This document shows, in pieces, positions 26,994 through 36,226 of a stretch of 64,000 nt of DNA. Source of the DNA: Clostridia bacterium (GTDB taxonomy: Bacteria; Bacillota; Clostridia; TANB77; CAG-465); NCBI GenBank assembly GCA_900772475.1, contig CAAHEI010000085.1, forward strand, positions 3,125 to 67,124. The letters are read 5' to 3'. The position numbers and the translations under genes were made by a program. Every line of letters starts with the position of its first letter. Within the stretch, counting starts at the first letter, position 1. Under the pieces are notes generated by a model that searched no databases, had not been told where the DNA came from, and worked only from the letters and a program-made list of their open reading frames with translations.

Positions 26994-28454
26994 TTAAAAT
27001 TCTAATTTAATACTTCCTGCAATCCAATTCTTTATTGAACCATTTGAAATGCTAAGGTTTAAATCTTCATCCATTGATTCTCCCATTGGTACATCTAAGA
27101 TCATTTTTGAGGTGTTAGTGTCATATTGAGTTTCAAGCTCTAAATTATCGCCAAAAAATAAATTTTTGTCTGTATAGCAACCTGAAAAATCAACTTCCAC
27201 TATAGTCCTTACTCTATAATTTCTTCCATCGTAATATACTGCTGGTAAAGCTACTTTTGCGTTTCCTTTTAAAACAATTTTATTATCTTTTACATATTGT
27301 ACATACTCTTTTACTTTTTCTTTGTCAACTCCATATAACATATATGGTAAAATGTCAGCTGCAAACTTATCAGTATTTATTGTTGTGTAATCAACATTTA
27401 ATATTGTGTTAAAATATTGTTCAACATAATTAGAAATCTGAAAATAAAATTCTTTCTTTTCTGAATACACACTTTTTGCATTTTCATAACTATTTTTATC
27501 ATAAATATAGTCTTCCTTTTCATACACACTCTTATCTACATCAGATAATGTATATGGATACTGATCTTTATTTGAAGGCATTTTATCTTCATTTATATTT
27601 ACTTTTGCATCTTCTATTGTTATTGTGTTGTATTTTACAAGGAAGTTTGAAATAATTTCATTCATTTGTCCTTTAAATATTTTTGAATCACCATTTATTT
27701 TCTTTTTATTTATAGTGATTATCTCGTTTGCAATCATATCTTCTATTGCAATTTTTTCATCAGGTTTGTATTTGTCTATATCTTTTACTTTAAGATCAAC
27801 TGCTGAATTTACCTCTTTTTCAAGTATCTTTGTTTTTGCATTTACAAAATAACGTATTACCTCAATATATGTGGCTTTTTCATCTGCGTTATCTTTTGTT
27901 ACATCTGCCTCTCCTATTATTCCTCTATATTTTGCATATTCAACCCACATTGCATTATTGTAATTTTCTTCGGGTTCTCCAGCAAATCCTGATATATCGT
28001 TTGTGTTAAATACAGTTGCAAGTACCATTTTAACAGCTTCTGATTTTGTTATACTCTCTCCTGTTTTTGCACTTTGGTTATCATAAACCTTATCAAAACC
28101 ATAATTTTTCATTGTTTCTTCTAAGCCAAAATATGGTTTGTATTTGTTATATTTTACTAATGATACAATACCAAATATAGCTAGTCCAACTAATATAACT
28201 AATGCAACGAGAATTACAATTGTAATTCTTGACTTTATTGCTTTTTTATCTAATTTTTTCTTTTCTTTTTTATTTCCAGGTTCTTTGCTCTTTTGATATG
28301 ATGGTATAATTTTTTGTTTCTCTACTTGCTTTTCTTCTTCTTTTGGCTTATTTATTTTATTTGTATCTTCATTTACGTTATCTATACTATTTGTAGTCTT
28401 TTTAAGCTTTTTTTCCTTTTTTGTCTTAATTTTATCATCATGGTTTTCTTTCAT
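26994..28454 (-). CDS. Bitopic membrane protein with an ~85-aa Lys/Glu-rich cytoplasmic N-terminus and a large extracellular domain
   Basis: 486 aa with a single TM helix (ITIVILVALVILVGLAIFGIVSLV) after a K-rich low-complexity region. No family was recognised. Confidence 0.45.
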   Translation of the reverse strand: MKENHDDKIKTKKEKKLKKTTNSIDNVNEDTNKINKPKEEEKQVEKQKIIPSYQKSKEPGNKKEKKKLDKKAIKSRITIVILVALVILVGLAIFGIVSLVKYNKYKPYFGLEETMKNYGFDKVYDNQSAKTGESITKSEAVKMVLATVFNTNDISGFAGEPEENYNNAMWVEYAKYRGIIGEADVTKDNADEKATYIEVIRYFVNAKTKILEKEVNSAVDLKVKDIDKYKPDEKIAIEDMIANEIITINKKKINGDSKIFKGQMNEIISNFLVKYNTITIEDAKVNINEDKMPSNKDQYPYTLSDVDKSVYEKEDYIYDKNSYENAKSVYSEKKEFYFQISNYVEQYFNTILNVDYTTINTDKFAADILPYMLYGVDKEKVKEYVQYVKDNKIVLKGNAKVALPAVYYDGRNYRVRTIVEVDFSGCYTDKNLFFGDNLELETQYDTNTSKMILDVPMGESMDEDLNLSISNGSIKNWIAGSIKLEF

Positions 28455-28487
28455 TTACTTCACCCCTTATATATTTTATACAACACA

Positions 28488-29717
28488 TTATGGATTACAA
28501 ATAGGACAAGGATAAAATCCTTCCAATGTAATATATGTATTTCCTGTTTTATATACAGCCCTTACTGATGCTGCTTGTTGCTTTGTAAATAAATATCCTG
28601 GTGTAATATTATTATGTGTAGATACTCTATACTCTGGACAATTAACATCTTTGTGATATAAATTCATTATATATTTTGAGTTTTTATTTGCTATATCATC
28701 TGTTTTTGGTATTGTTAAATAATAACGTGTTATTTCTGTTAGTTTTGATGTACTATATGCTCTAGTGTTTAAATACCTATTTCCTATAGAGATACCTTGA
28801 ACAAGAGCCATTATACCTACATTTTTTATTTGACTTTCCATTTCCCCTTCTTCTAATGTTGGAAATACAAAATTATATTTAATACCAGCATTACTTGCAT
28901 AAATATTGTTATTATTTGTTGCAAATTGCATTTCACTTTCTATTGCATTTATTATAACTGACTTTCTTACTTCTTGTAATTTTTTTATAGTATCCTTTAA
29001 ACAATCTTTTTTAGATTGTACATTTGGTTGTGTATTTGAAAATAATTTGTAATTATTCTTGGTATCAGTTAAGTAAAAACCTGAAACCTCAATATCTTCT
29101 TTTTTTCCATTTATTACTTCATATCCTCTATGAGTAACATAGTCATCCATTGTAAACTCAATTAAGTGATATGATTGAAGAGAGGATTCTTTGGCATCAT
29201 CACGTTTTTCGGAAAATGTTGCTCTATAACCATTTGTACTATCATAATATATGTAATATTCATAAGTATAATATTTCTTTGGCTTTAATGAATGTCTTAC
29301 TACTTTTTGACCATCAAGTGAATCATCTTCAAATGATTCTATAGATGAAACCTGTACACCGTTATAGTCGATTACAGCAATTGCAGGTATAAAATACTGC
29401 AAATAATTTTCTGCATCTTTATTTCCCTTTATTCCAAAATTATTATACATCGAATTTAAAAAGGTATCAACTGCTACTTGGGAATTAACACTAATTTTGT
29501 TATTTGATACACCTGAATATCCATAATCAATTTCAGAGTCTGAATTTTCAACTTCCTTCATTTGATCAGAAGCATCATTAAGTGATGTACTAATAACCTT
29601 TTTGTAATACATTTCTTGCTCCTCTGCTTTTATTGTAAAAGACACATTAACATATACTATAATTATTATTGGAAGAGTAACTCCTATAAATATTAAAGCA
29701 AAATCTGTAAGTTTCAT
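28488..29717 (-). CDS. Pilin-like/pseudopilin-like protein (409 aa) with an N-terminal hydrophobic helix and a C-terminal Cys cluster
   Basis: N-terminus MKLTDFALIFIGVTLPIIIIVYVNV. The C-terminus contains VNCPEYR ... FYPCPICNP. Confidence 0.4.
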   Translation of the reverse strand: MKLTDFALIFIGVTLPIIIIVYVNVSFTIKAEEQEMYYKKVISTSLNDASDQMKEVENSDSEIDYGYSGVSNNKISVNSQVAVDTFLNSMYNNFGIKGNKDAENYLQYFIPAIAVIDYNGVQVSSIESFEDDSLDGQKVVRHSLKPKKYYTYEYYIYYDSTNGYRATFSEKRDDAKESSLQSYHLIEFTMDDYVTHRGYEVINGKKEDIEVSGFYLTDTKNNYKLFSNTQPNVQSKKDCLKDTIKKLQEVRKSVIINAIESEMQFATNNNNIYASNAGIKYNFVFPTLEEGEMESQIKNVGIMALVQGISIGNRYLNTRAYSTSKLTEITRYYLTIPKTDDIANKNSKYIMNLYHKDVNCPEYRVSTHNNITPGYLFTKQQAASVRAVYKTGNTYITLEGFYPCPICNP

Positions 29718-29732
29718 CTATTCACCTCATTT

Positions 29733-31184
29733 CTACATACCAATTACCCTTGATTGAATCAAAGTTAAATCCTCATCATCAACTTTACCATCTTGGTTCA
29801 TATCTACTCTTTTTTTCTCATCTTCACTAAGACTTAGAGTATTTGCAATATACCTTTGTAACAAAACTAGATCATTAATGTTAACCTTAAAGTCATTATT
29901 TACATCTCCTAATATATATCCAAAATTAACTATTTCCTTTAAGTAATCTACATCAATTTGTGAAATAACACCATCACCATTGATATCTGCTGCTTTCTTT
30001 TGTATTTCAGTAAATGTAACTTCATTGTTTATTTTTCTTGTAATTAAGCTATAATCATCATCTGTTATTTTAAAATCTTGATTAACATCTCCTGTTATAT
30101 AACTATTTTGTACATATTCTCCGACATATTTTTTATCTATTTCATCTATATTTCCATCCTTGTTAATATCATAAGTCTCTTTTTCAGAATCTGTAAGAGT
30201 TCCTGTACCATCAATGTATTTTTGTATTTTATCTAAGTCTTCTGATTTAAATTTTCTTTCTTGTTCATCTGGATTTCCAATTTTTAATATAATTGTCGTT
30301 GTACCTGACCTATATCCAAGTGCATCTATAGCATACACCTCAATTTTATATTTTATTCCATCTTCAAAGAAACCTATATCTTTTTCCAAACTAGTACCTT
30401 CTGTTGTCTCTTTTGTAGATGTTGCATTATTACTAAGATTAGTTATTTTCCATTTATATTTTGAAATACTGTTAGCTACATCTGAATCTCCACTACTAAA
30501 TGCAGTAGATTTTGCCTTTATTGTTTTGTTTATAAATTCTGATTTAGGTAATGTTTTTTCTTCGTTATTAGTTAAAGTTTCACTATTAAAAGATATAACT
30601 GGTGCTCCTGGTGCTTGCATATGTCCCTTATATGTTGCATCAACATTTTTCCAAGCATTGTTTTTTATAATGCCTCCATATTCAACTGAAATTCTATCCT
30701 TTTTTGATGCGGGAATAATTGTATTAAACAATGATCCTGCTAGCGTCATATTACTATTTTTAACTCTAACATATATTTCGTCCTTAGCGTTTAATCTATA
30801 TATATTATTTTTAATTGTTTTTTCCATTAAACCACTGTCTATAGTATTTGATTCAATAGAATTAAAAATATCATTGCTATAATCTATATAACTATCTTCA
30901 GTATATACATCATTACTACCCTCAGGTAATAAAACCTTTCTATGAGCCTCAACTTGAATATCATATACATTACCAGTATTTGCAAGATCATTTACAAATT
31001 TGTTATACATATCTTGATCAATATATCCATTATTCATTACCTGATCTGCAAACGTTGAAGTTGCTTTTAAAACCAAGTTATATGACATATCATCCTGTCT
31101 CTCAAAAAAATTATATAAAGGGAAAATTACTATTAGAAGCACTAACAGAATTATAGTTATTATTATACTTAAATTATCTTTCAT
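29733..31184 (-). CDS. Pilin-like protein (483 aa) with an Ig/PKD-like module and tandem type-I dockerin-like modules. It is a paralogue of the 32237-33025 product.
   Basis: The N-terminus MKDNLSIIITIILLVLLIVIFPLYNFFERQDDMSYNLVLKATSTFADQV..GYIDQDMYNKF...TGNVYDI parallels the 262-aa paralogue. The C-terminal third carries the F-hand pairs GDVNQDFKITDDDYSLI / DINGDGVISQIDVDYL and GDVNNDFKVNINDLVLLQRYI / DMNQDGKVDDEDLTLIQ. Confidence 0.55.
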   Translation of the reverse strand: MKDNLSIIITIILLVLLIVIFPLYNFFERQDDMSYNLVLKATSTFADQVMNNGYIDQDMYNKFVNDLANTGNVYDIQVEAHRKVLLPEGSNDVYTEDSYIDYSNDIFNSIESNTIDSGLMEKTIKNNIYRLNAKDEIYVRVKNSNMTLAGSLFNTIIPASKKDRISVEYGGIIKNNAWKNVDATYKGHMQAPGAPVISFNSETLTNNEEKTLPKSEFINKTIKAKSTAFSSGDSDVANSISKYKWKITNLSNNATSTKETTEGTSLEKDIGFFEDGIKYKIEVYAIDALGYRSGTTTIILKIGNPDEQERKFKSEDLDKIQKYIDGTGTLTDSEKETYDINKDGNIDEIDKKYVGEYVQNSYITGDVNQDFKITDDDYSLITRKINNEVTFTEIQKKAADINGDGVISQIDVDYLKEIVNFGYILGDVNNDFKVNINDLVLLQRYIANTLSLSEDEKKRVDMNQDGKVDDEDLTLIQSRVIGM

Positions 31185-31218
31185 ACACTAAAAATTCCCT
31201 CCTTTTATTTTTAAGATT

Positions 31219-31704
31219 TTATTTTTTACACCTTATCTTTATATATACAGTTTTAGTATTTGGATTTTCTGCCTCATACTCTAAATAGAATTTATTGTAC
31301 CTTCTTAGCTTTTCCTCCACTTGACTATTAGTCAAGTTTTTACTTTCTTCTTCTTTTCCTAAACATATATTTTCTCTTTCAGTTTCAAGTACAATATTAA
31401 CATCATATTTTACATCTGCATTATTATTTGATTGTCCTCCATATAAATCCTTTTTTATATAGTTAAAATAATATGATAGTACATCTTCTCTTGTTAAAGG
31501 TAAAAGTTGAGTATCACCATCATACATTTCTGTTCCATCACTTACTGTATTTATAATTGATCCACCAAGGCCTTGTGAATATTCATAGGCTGAATTTGCA
31601 TATCTATTAACACCTAAAAACAACATTATGGATAAACTCAAAGCAATTACAAATATAAATACATAAGTTGCAGTATATAACAAAGTATTAGTTGATTCAT
31701 TCAT
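31219..31704 (-). CDS. Small pilin-like protein (161 aa)
   Basis: Short polar N-terminus, then a hydrophobic helix (MNESTNTLLYTATYVFIFVIALSLSIMLFLGV), then a soluble domain. Confidence 0.4.
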   Translation of the reverse strand: MNESTNTLLYTATYVFIFVIALSLSIMLFLGVNRYANSAYEYSQGLGGSIINTVSDGTEMYDGDTQLLPLTREDVLSYYFNYIKKDLYGGQSNNNADVKYDVNIVLETERENICLGKEEESKNLTNSQVEEKLRRYNKFYLEYEAENPNTKTVYIKIRCKK

Positions 31705-31726
31705 TATATCATCGCTCCATTCTACT

Positions 31727-32203
31727 TCATTTTATATTAAAACCTACAATGACATGTCCATCACTTAGTTTCATTACATAAGTGCTATATTCTTTATTTG
31801 CCTCATTTAAATTTCTAACACTAACTCTACCTTCATTTTCTTCAACCCCTAAACTACTATTTAAAGCTCTTATTGCATTTTTGGTATTTACTTTATTATG
31901 TTCTGCAGCATACATTTTACGGCTATTATCTCCAACTACAGATGAAAAACTACTTGTTGTAACAATAACAGAACCGTTATCCATATATTTTTTTGCAGTA
32001 TTTAATAAATCAAGTTTTGTCTTTACAGTGCCATCATACTCATCAAATTCATCAATAGCTGACTTAATTGAAGTATCTGTTTCATATACTTGCTTGTAAA
32101 CATTTATAATCTGGTTAACAGAATATAACACTGCACTTGCAATCATCATTGTAACAATAAGACTAACAGCTATAACAAGAGCTTTATTTGACATATAATC
32201 CAA
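31727..32203 (-). CDS. Small pilin-like protein (158 aa)
   Basis: TTG start 9 nt after GGAGGTGA. The N-terminus is MDYMSNKA-LVIAVSLIVTMMIASAVLYSV. Confidence 0.45.
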   Translation of the reverse strand: MDYMSNKALVIAVSLIVTMMIASAVLYSVNQIINVYKQVYETDTSIKSAIDEFDEYDGTVKTKLDLLNTAKKYMDNGSVIVTTSSFSSVVGDNSRKMYAAEHNKVNTKNAIRALNSSLGVEENEGRVSVRNLNEANKEYSTYVMKLSDGHVIVGFNIK

Positions 32204-32236
32204 TGGTATGATTCACCTCCAAATCAATTTTATTAT

Positions 32237-33025
32237 CTAATCAATATATCTATATAAATTTCTGTATTCTTCCTCTTGAATTGTACCTCCATAATTTATA
32301 TATACACGAGTATTATTCTCTACGCCTCCAACACCAAGAGTAAATGCATTAAACAATATAGTAGCAATAGTAACATTTTCATTTCTAATTCTTACGTTAA
32401 ATTCATCCCCTTTATTCATTGTATATATTTTATTTTCATTGTTGATCTGAGCTCTAATAAATCCTGAATCATCTTTACTCACATTATAATTTGCATACAT
32501 ATATGGAATAACTGGAATATCTTCTAAATTTATATTTACATAATCAGAAATTGACATTTCAGAAAAAGGTTTTATATTATCTTTATTTTTAATAACATTT
32601 AATATCTGTTTTTCAGAATATTTTACTTCAGACGTACTATATGACAATTTTGCATTATTTGATACAGGGTTATTATTAAGCCAATTAATATATTCCGAAT
32701 AGTCTTTTTTTAATTTTACCTTTCCATTATCACTATTTTCATTTCTATTATATAAATAGTAAACTGGAGTATATTTTTTTGAAACATGTTCCATTTTTAC
32801 TTCATAAACATTTCCTGTAACTGAAAGTCTTGTAATAAAATCATTATACATTTCTTCTGAAATATATCCTTTTGCTGTTACGTTGTCTACAAAATTACTA
32901 GTTATTTTTAAAGCAAGAGAATATGATATATCATCTAATTTTTCAAAAGTAATGTAAAGTGGTAGTATAAAAAATATTAAAATAGATATTAATACTGAAA
33001 ATACTTTTTGTAAATTATCGTCCAT
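32237..33025 (-). CDS. Pilin-like protein (262 aa), paralogue of the N- and central parts of the 29733-31184 product
   Basis: MDDNLQKVFSVLISILIFFILPLYITFEKLDDISYSLALKITSNFVDNV..GYISEEMYNDF...TGNVYEV. The C-terminal ...NVRIRNENVTIATILFN...INYGGTIQ matches ...YVRVKNSNMTLAGSLFN...VEYGGIIK in the paralogue. Confidence 0.45.
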   Translation of the reverse strand: MDDNLQKVFSVLISILIFFILPLYITFEKLDDISYSLALKITSNFVDNVTAKGYISEEMYNDFITRLSVTGNVYEVKMEHVSKKYTPVYYLYNRNENSDNGKVKLKKDYSEYINWLNNNPVSNNAKLSYSTSEVKYSEKQILNVIKNKDNIKPFSEMSISDYVNINLEDIPVIPYMYANYNVSKDDSGFIRAQINNENKIYTMNKGDEFNVRIRNENVTIATILFNAFTLGVGGVENNTRVYINYGGTIQEEEYRNLYRYID

Positions 33026-33042
33026 ATTCCCTCCTTATTTTT

Positions 33043-33531
33043 TTATTGTCCCTCTATTTCAATTAAAGTTCCAACCTTATCTCCGGTCAAATGTTGGTTT
33101 TCTGTACATTCAATTTTAAATTTTTGATCTAACAATATGTTATTCATAACATATTTGTAACTTGCCTCATCATGATTAATATTAAATCTTGAGTATGTAG
33201 CTGAAGCTTTTGATTTATTTTCCTCATATACATTAATTACCCTCATTACCCTAATATTAACTTCCACATCATCTTTATCATAAAAATAATTAATAAGATT
33301 CTTAACATCTGCACCCGTAATATATGAATTTCCAGTAACATTTTCTGTTCCAGAAACCAAAAGATCTTGAATACTTTGTTCATAATTTGCAGCAAAATCT
33401 TGGCCACGCCCAACATTAGATGCCAACTGTTTTGCTGAGTTATAATACATTAAAACTGCTGAAATTGTAGCAACCGCAAGTAAAGTGCTTACACCTATTA
33501 CAATAGCTCTAATTGGAGCACTTTCGTCCAT
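33043..33531 (-). CDS. Small pilin-like protein (162 aa)
   Basis: The N-terminus is MDESAPIRA-IVIGVSTLLAVATISAVLMYY. A GAGGTGG SD lies 7 nt upstream. Confidence 0.45.
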   Translation of the reverse strand: MDESAPIRAIVIGVSTLLAVATISAVLMYYNSAKQLASNVGRGQDFAANYEQSIQDLLVSGTENVTGNSYITGADVKNLINYFYDKDDVEVNIRVMRVINVYEENKSKASATYSRFNINHDEASYKYVMNNILLDQKFKIECTENQHLTGDKVGTLIEIEGQ

Positions 33532-33648
33532 GATTTTACCACCTCACTTTTAATTTATATATATAATATACACTTTAAGAAATTAATTTACCTTGATTAT
33601 ACACATTTTCCACATTTAATTAATTTTTTAAACTATATATTAGTAGTA

Positions 33649-33686
33649 AAGGTATATAACTATATGTGTATATAATTATATACCTT
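33649..33686 (-). terminator. Stem-loop just downstream of the candidate major pilin gene; possibly a partial terminator or a stabiliser
   Basis: 11-bp perfect stem AAGGTATATAA / TTATATACCTT with a 16-nt loop, 13 nt after the stop. The T-tail on the minus strand is weak. Confidence 0.35.
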
Positions 33687-33698
33687 TAAAAAAAGTCT

Positions 33699-34085
33699 TT
33701 AATTCCACTCTATAGTAACAGTCCCTGCATCTATATTTTGTGTAACTGTTCCTGTATACATTTTGGTAGCTGTAGCTGAAGTTGCAGAATTAATGGCCGC
33801 TGTATCATTTTTTACTGCCCCATCAATCTTAATTGTAATACTAGATGCATCATCTCTATTTTTTAATTGAACAGCTGCTGTTCTAACTTGTGCACCTGAC
33901 ATTTTTTTACCATTATATTGTTCAAAAAGATCATTTTGTAAACTTGCAGATATACCATTTACTTGTGCTTGACCTTTATTAAGTAGGTTTTGACCCATAC
34001 CAGTTATTAACATTACGGCTGCAATTATAATGATTGTGATGAAAAGACCAACACCAATCATAATAGCTTTTTGTGCGTTATCCAT
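33699..34085 (-). CDS. Candidate major pilin (128 aa)
   Basis: The N-terminus is MDNAQKA-IMIGVGLFITIIIIAAVMLITG, followed by a small Ala/Thr/Gly-rich domain. This is the first and smallest pilin-like gene after the platform gene. It is flanked by longer intergenic spacers with stem-loops and has a strong SD (AAAGGGGGA). Confidence 0.5.
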   Translation of the reverse strand: MDNAQKAIMIGVGLFITIIIIAAVMLITGMGQNLLNKGQAQVNGISASLQNDLFEQYNGKKMSGAQVRTAAVQLKNRDDASSITIKIDGAVKNDTAAINSATSATATKMYTGTVTQNIDAGTVTIEWN

Positions 34086-34161
34086 AATTTATATATCCCC
34101 CTTTATACATATATATAATATCCACCTAAATGGTGTGATATCCAATTTAATTGTTGCCTTA

Positions 34162-36222
34162 TTAGAAAGACATTTTTGTAAAATAATTCATCATTTGCAT
34201 TATTGACACAATCATAAGTGGAGCAACTAAATATCCACCTATAAGTAGTACCATTGGTGTAAATCCAAGTACTTTACCAATAGCTGTTTTCTTTTTAATT
34301 AACCTTTCGTTTCCTTCTTTTCTTCTTTCATAGAAGAAAGCTCTTTCTGTTTCTAGTTCATCAAATGCATCCCTTATTGGTATTCTTTCAACAGCTGATT
34401 GTAATTGTTCTACAATTCTTTGAAAATCCTTATATGGCACAGCTTCTTTTAAATCTTCTAATGCTTCATATGCACCGGATTCATAGTTGTTAAGACATGT
34501 TGCAATTGGTTCTTTAAATGCATAAGAAAATCTACATAACCATTCAAGAATTGTTTGTACATCAATTCTATCTATATACATAAGCATAAGAATAATTGAC
34601 TGAAATTGCATTATTTCATTTTCTTTTTCCATTTCACGTATTTTATTACGTATAAACAACATAACTGATGGTGCATAGTATGCAATAAATGCTAATATAA
34701 ACGATGTAAGTACTTGCCAGAATTTTATATATGAATTTTTTATACTTTGTATTTTGTTATATACTCTTGTTACCTCATCTGCATCAGTCTTACCTGTTAC
34801 AGGATCGGTAAATTCCATTTCTAATTGTTCCTTAGTTACATTTTTGTTTTTATATTTATCAATGTATGTTTTATCTCTATCATTTATTGCTTGAGCAGCT
34901 TTTTCTTGCTGTTCAGTAAGTTGTCCAAATGATAAAAATTCATCACTTATTTTTTCATAAGTAGCCTTTACATCTATACGTGTTATATTAAACATTAAAG
35001 TAAATGCTAATATAAATGTGACAAAGGCTGCAGTTATTTTATTTACATATAACCATTCAATTGTAAGATATGAATTGGTATTTTTAATAAGTATTGTTTC
35101 ATTTCTATTTTTTCTTGTATTAGGTCTTGATTTAAATGCATCAACTATTTGTTTAATAATAGGTATCTTGTATAATTTGTCCTGCCACCTTACACTAGCA
35201 ACTCTATCAAATTTGATTTGTTCTGAATCTTCTTTTACAATTCTTAACATCAAATATGATACAAATATTGATATTATAATAAGTGATTGCATTATAAAAC
35301 CAAAACTACTGTTATAGAAGTTTGAGAGTGCCGGGAAGTTAGATTCAGCCCAAGCTTGTAATGGCTTAATACATACAAGTGGTACTACTGCAATTACATT
35401 TAAACTTCTAAACATATAATTTATTTTATCTTGTTTTAATATTTCAAGATAAATTTCTTGTAAAATATTGTTTAAATTTTTTAGATAAACTGATGTACCA
35501 TCAATTTTTCTATCACCCAAGTCATAAGTTAAATATGATATACCAGCAAATAATTTTAGAAATCTATTTGGTGCACTATCATAATACTTTTCTAACTCTA
35601 CCTCTGGATTATCCGAAATTATTGCTTCTTTAATACGTCTAAGTTGAGGTCCTATCTCTTTATCTCCAAGCTCATCTATGACTGTAGCAAATGCTTCATC
35701 AATCATCCCATGTTCATGAAATGCATGTCTTATTGTTGTAAATGCATCTGGCATTTGTCTTAATATTTTGTTTGAGACAGACGTTATACCAAGATCAATC
35801 ATTTTTTCTGCTATAATTAGAACTCCAACTATAACAATTAAAGTCATATATAAATCATTTACTAAATTTATTAATACAAATAATGATATGAATATGAATA
35901 TTACTGCAAATAACATATATTTACCTGTTCTTTTTCTTAGCTCATATTCTGTATAATCATTTGTCATTTCAAGTTTTAATCTTGTCTTTTTTGTATAATA
36001 CTTTATTATTGGCATTTTTACAAAAGTCATATATACAATTTGATATAGTCTATCTAAAATATCTTTAAAACTAGACTTATTTTTAACCATCAAATTATCT
36101 TTTGCAAAAAGTGCTGAATTTTTCTTGTACCTATGTTTTATAACTTTTAAATACAAAAGTAAAACGAGTATCCCAATTAAAGAAAAAGCTAGTAAACCTA
36201 TTGCAACATATGTAATATTCAT
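34162..36222 (-). CDS. Polytopic inner-membrane platform protein, fused TadB/TadC-like (T2SS-F family)
   Basis: About 686 aa counted from the ATG at 36220-36222 (SD GGAGGTGA 7 nt upstream); the ORF track extends to 36243. Two blocks of TM helices are each preceded by a cytoplasmic helical domain. The gene lies directly after the ATPase gene. Confidence 0.55.
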   Translation of the reverse strand: MNITYVAIGLLAFSLIGILVLLLYLKVIKHRYKKNSALFAKDNLMVKNKSSFKDILDRLYQIVYMTFVKMPIIKYYTKKTRLKLEMTNDYTEYELRKRTGKYMLFAVIFIFISLFVLINLVNDLYMTLIVIVGVLIIAEKMIDLGITSVSNKILRQMPDAFTTIRHAFHEHGMIDEAFATVIDELGDKEIGPQLRRIKEAIISDNPEVELEKYYDSAPNRFLKLFAGISYLTYDLGDRKIDGTSVYLKNLNNILQEIYLEILKQDKINYMFRSLNVIAVVPLVCIKPLQAWAESNFPALSNFYNSSFGFIMQSLIIISIFVSYLMLRIVKEDSEQIKFDRVASVRWQDKLYKIPIIKQIVDAFKSRPNTRKNRNETILIKNTNSYLTIEWLYVNKITAAFVTFILAFTLMFNITRIDVKATYEKISDEFLSFGQLTEQQEKAAQAINDRDKTYIDKYKNKNVTKEQLEMEFTDPVTGKTDADEVTRVYNKIQSIKNSYIKFWQVLTSFILAFIAYYAPSVMLFIRNKIREMEKENEIMQFQSIILMLMYIDRIDVQTILEWLCRFSYAFKEPIATCLNNYESGAYEALEDLKEAVPYKDFQRIVEQLQSAVERIPIRDAFDELETERAFFYERRKEGNERLIKKKTAIGKVLGFTPMVLLIGGYLVAPLMIVSIMQMMNYFTKMSF

Positions 36223-36226
36223 ACTA

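Noticed and set aside
34118-34141. A short bulged hairpin between the platform gene and the candidate major pilin gene, considered as a processing or attenuation site.
   Set aside because: It has only 9 AT-rich base pairs with a bulge, which cannot be told apart from chance in this composition.
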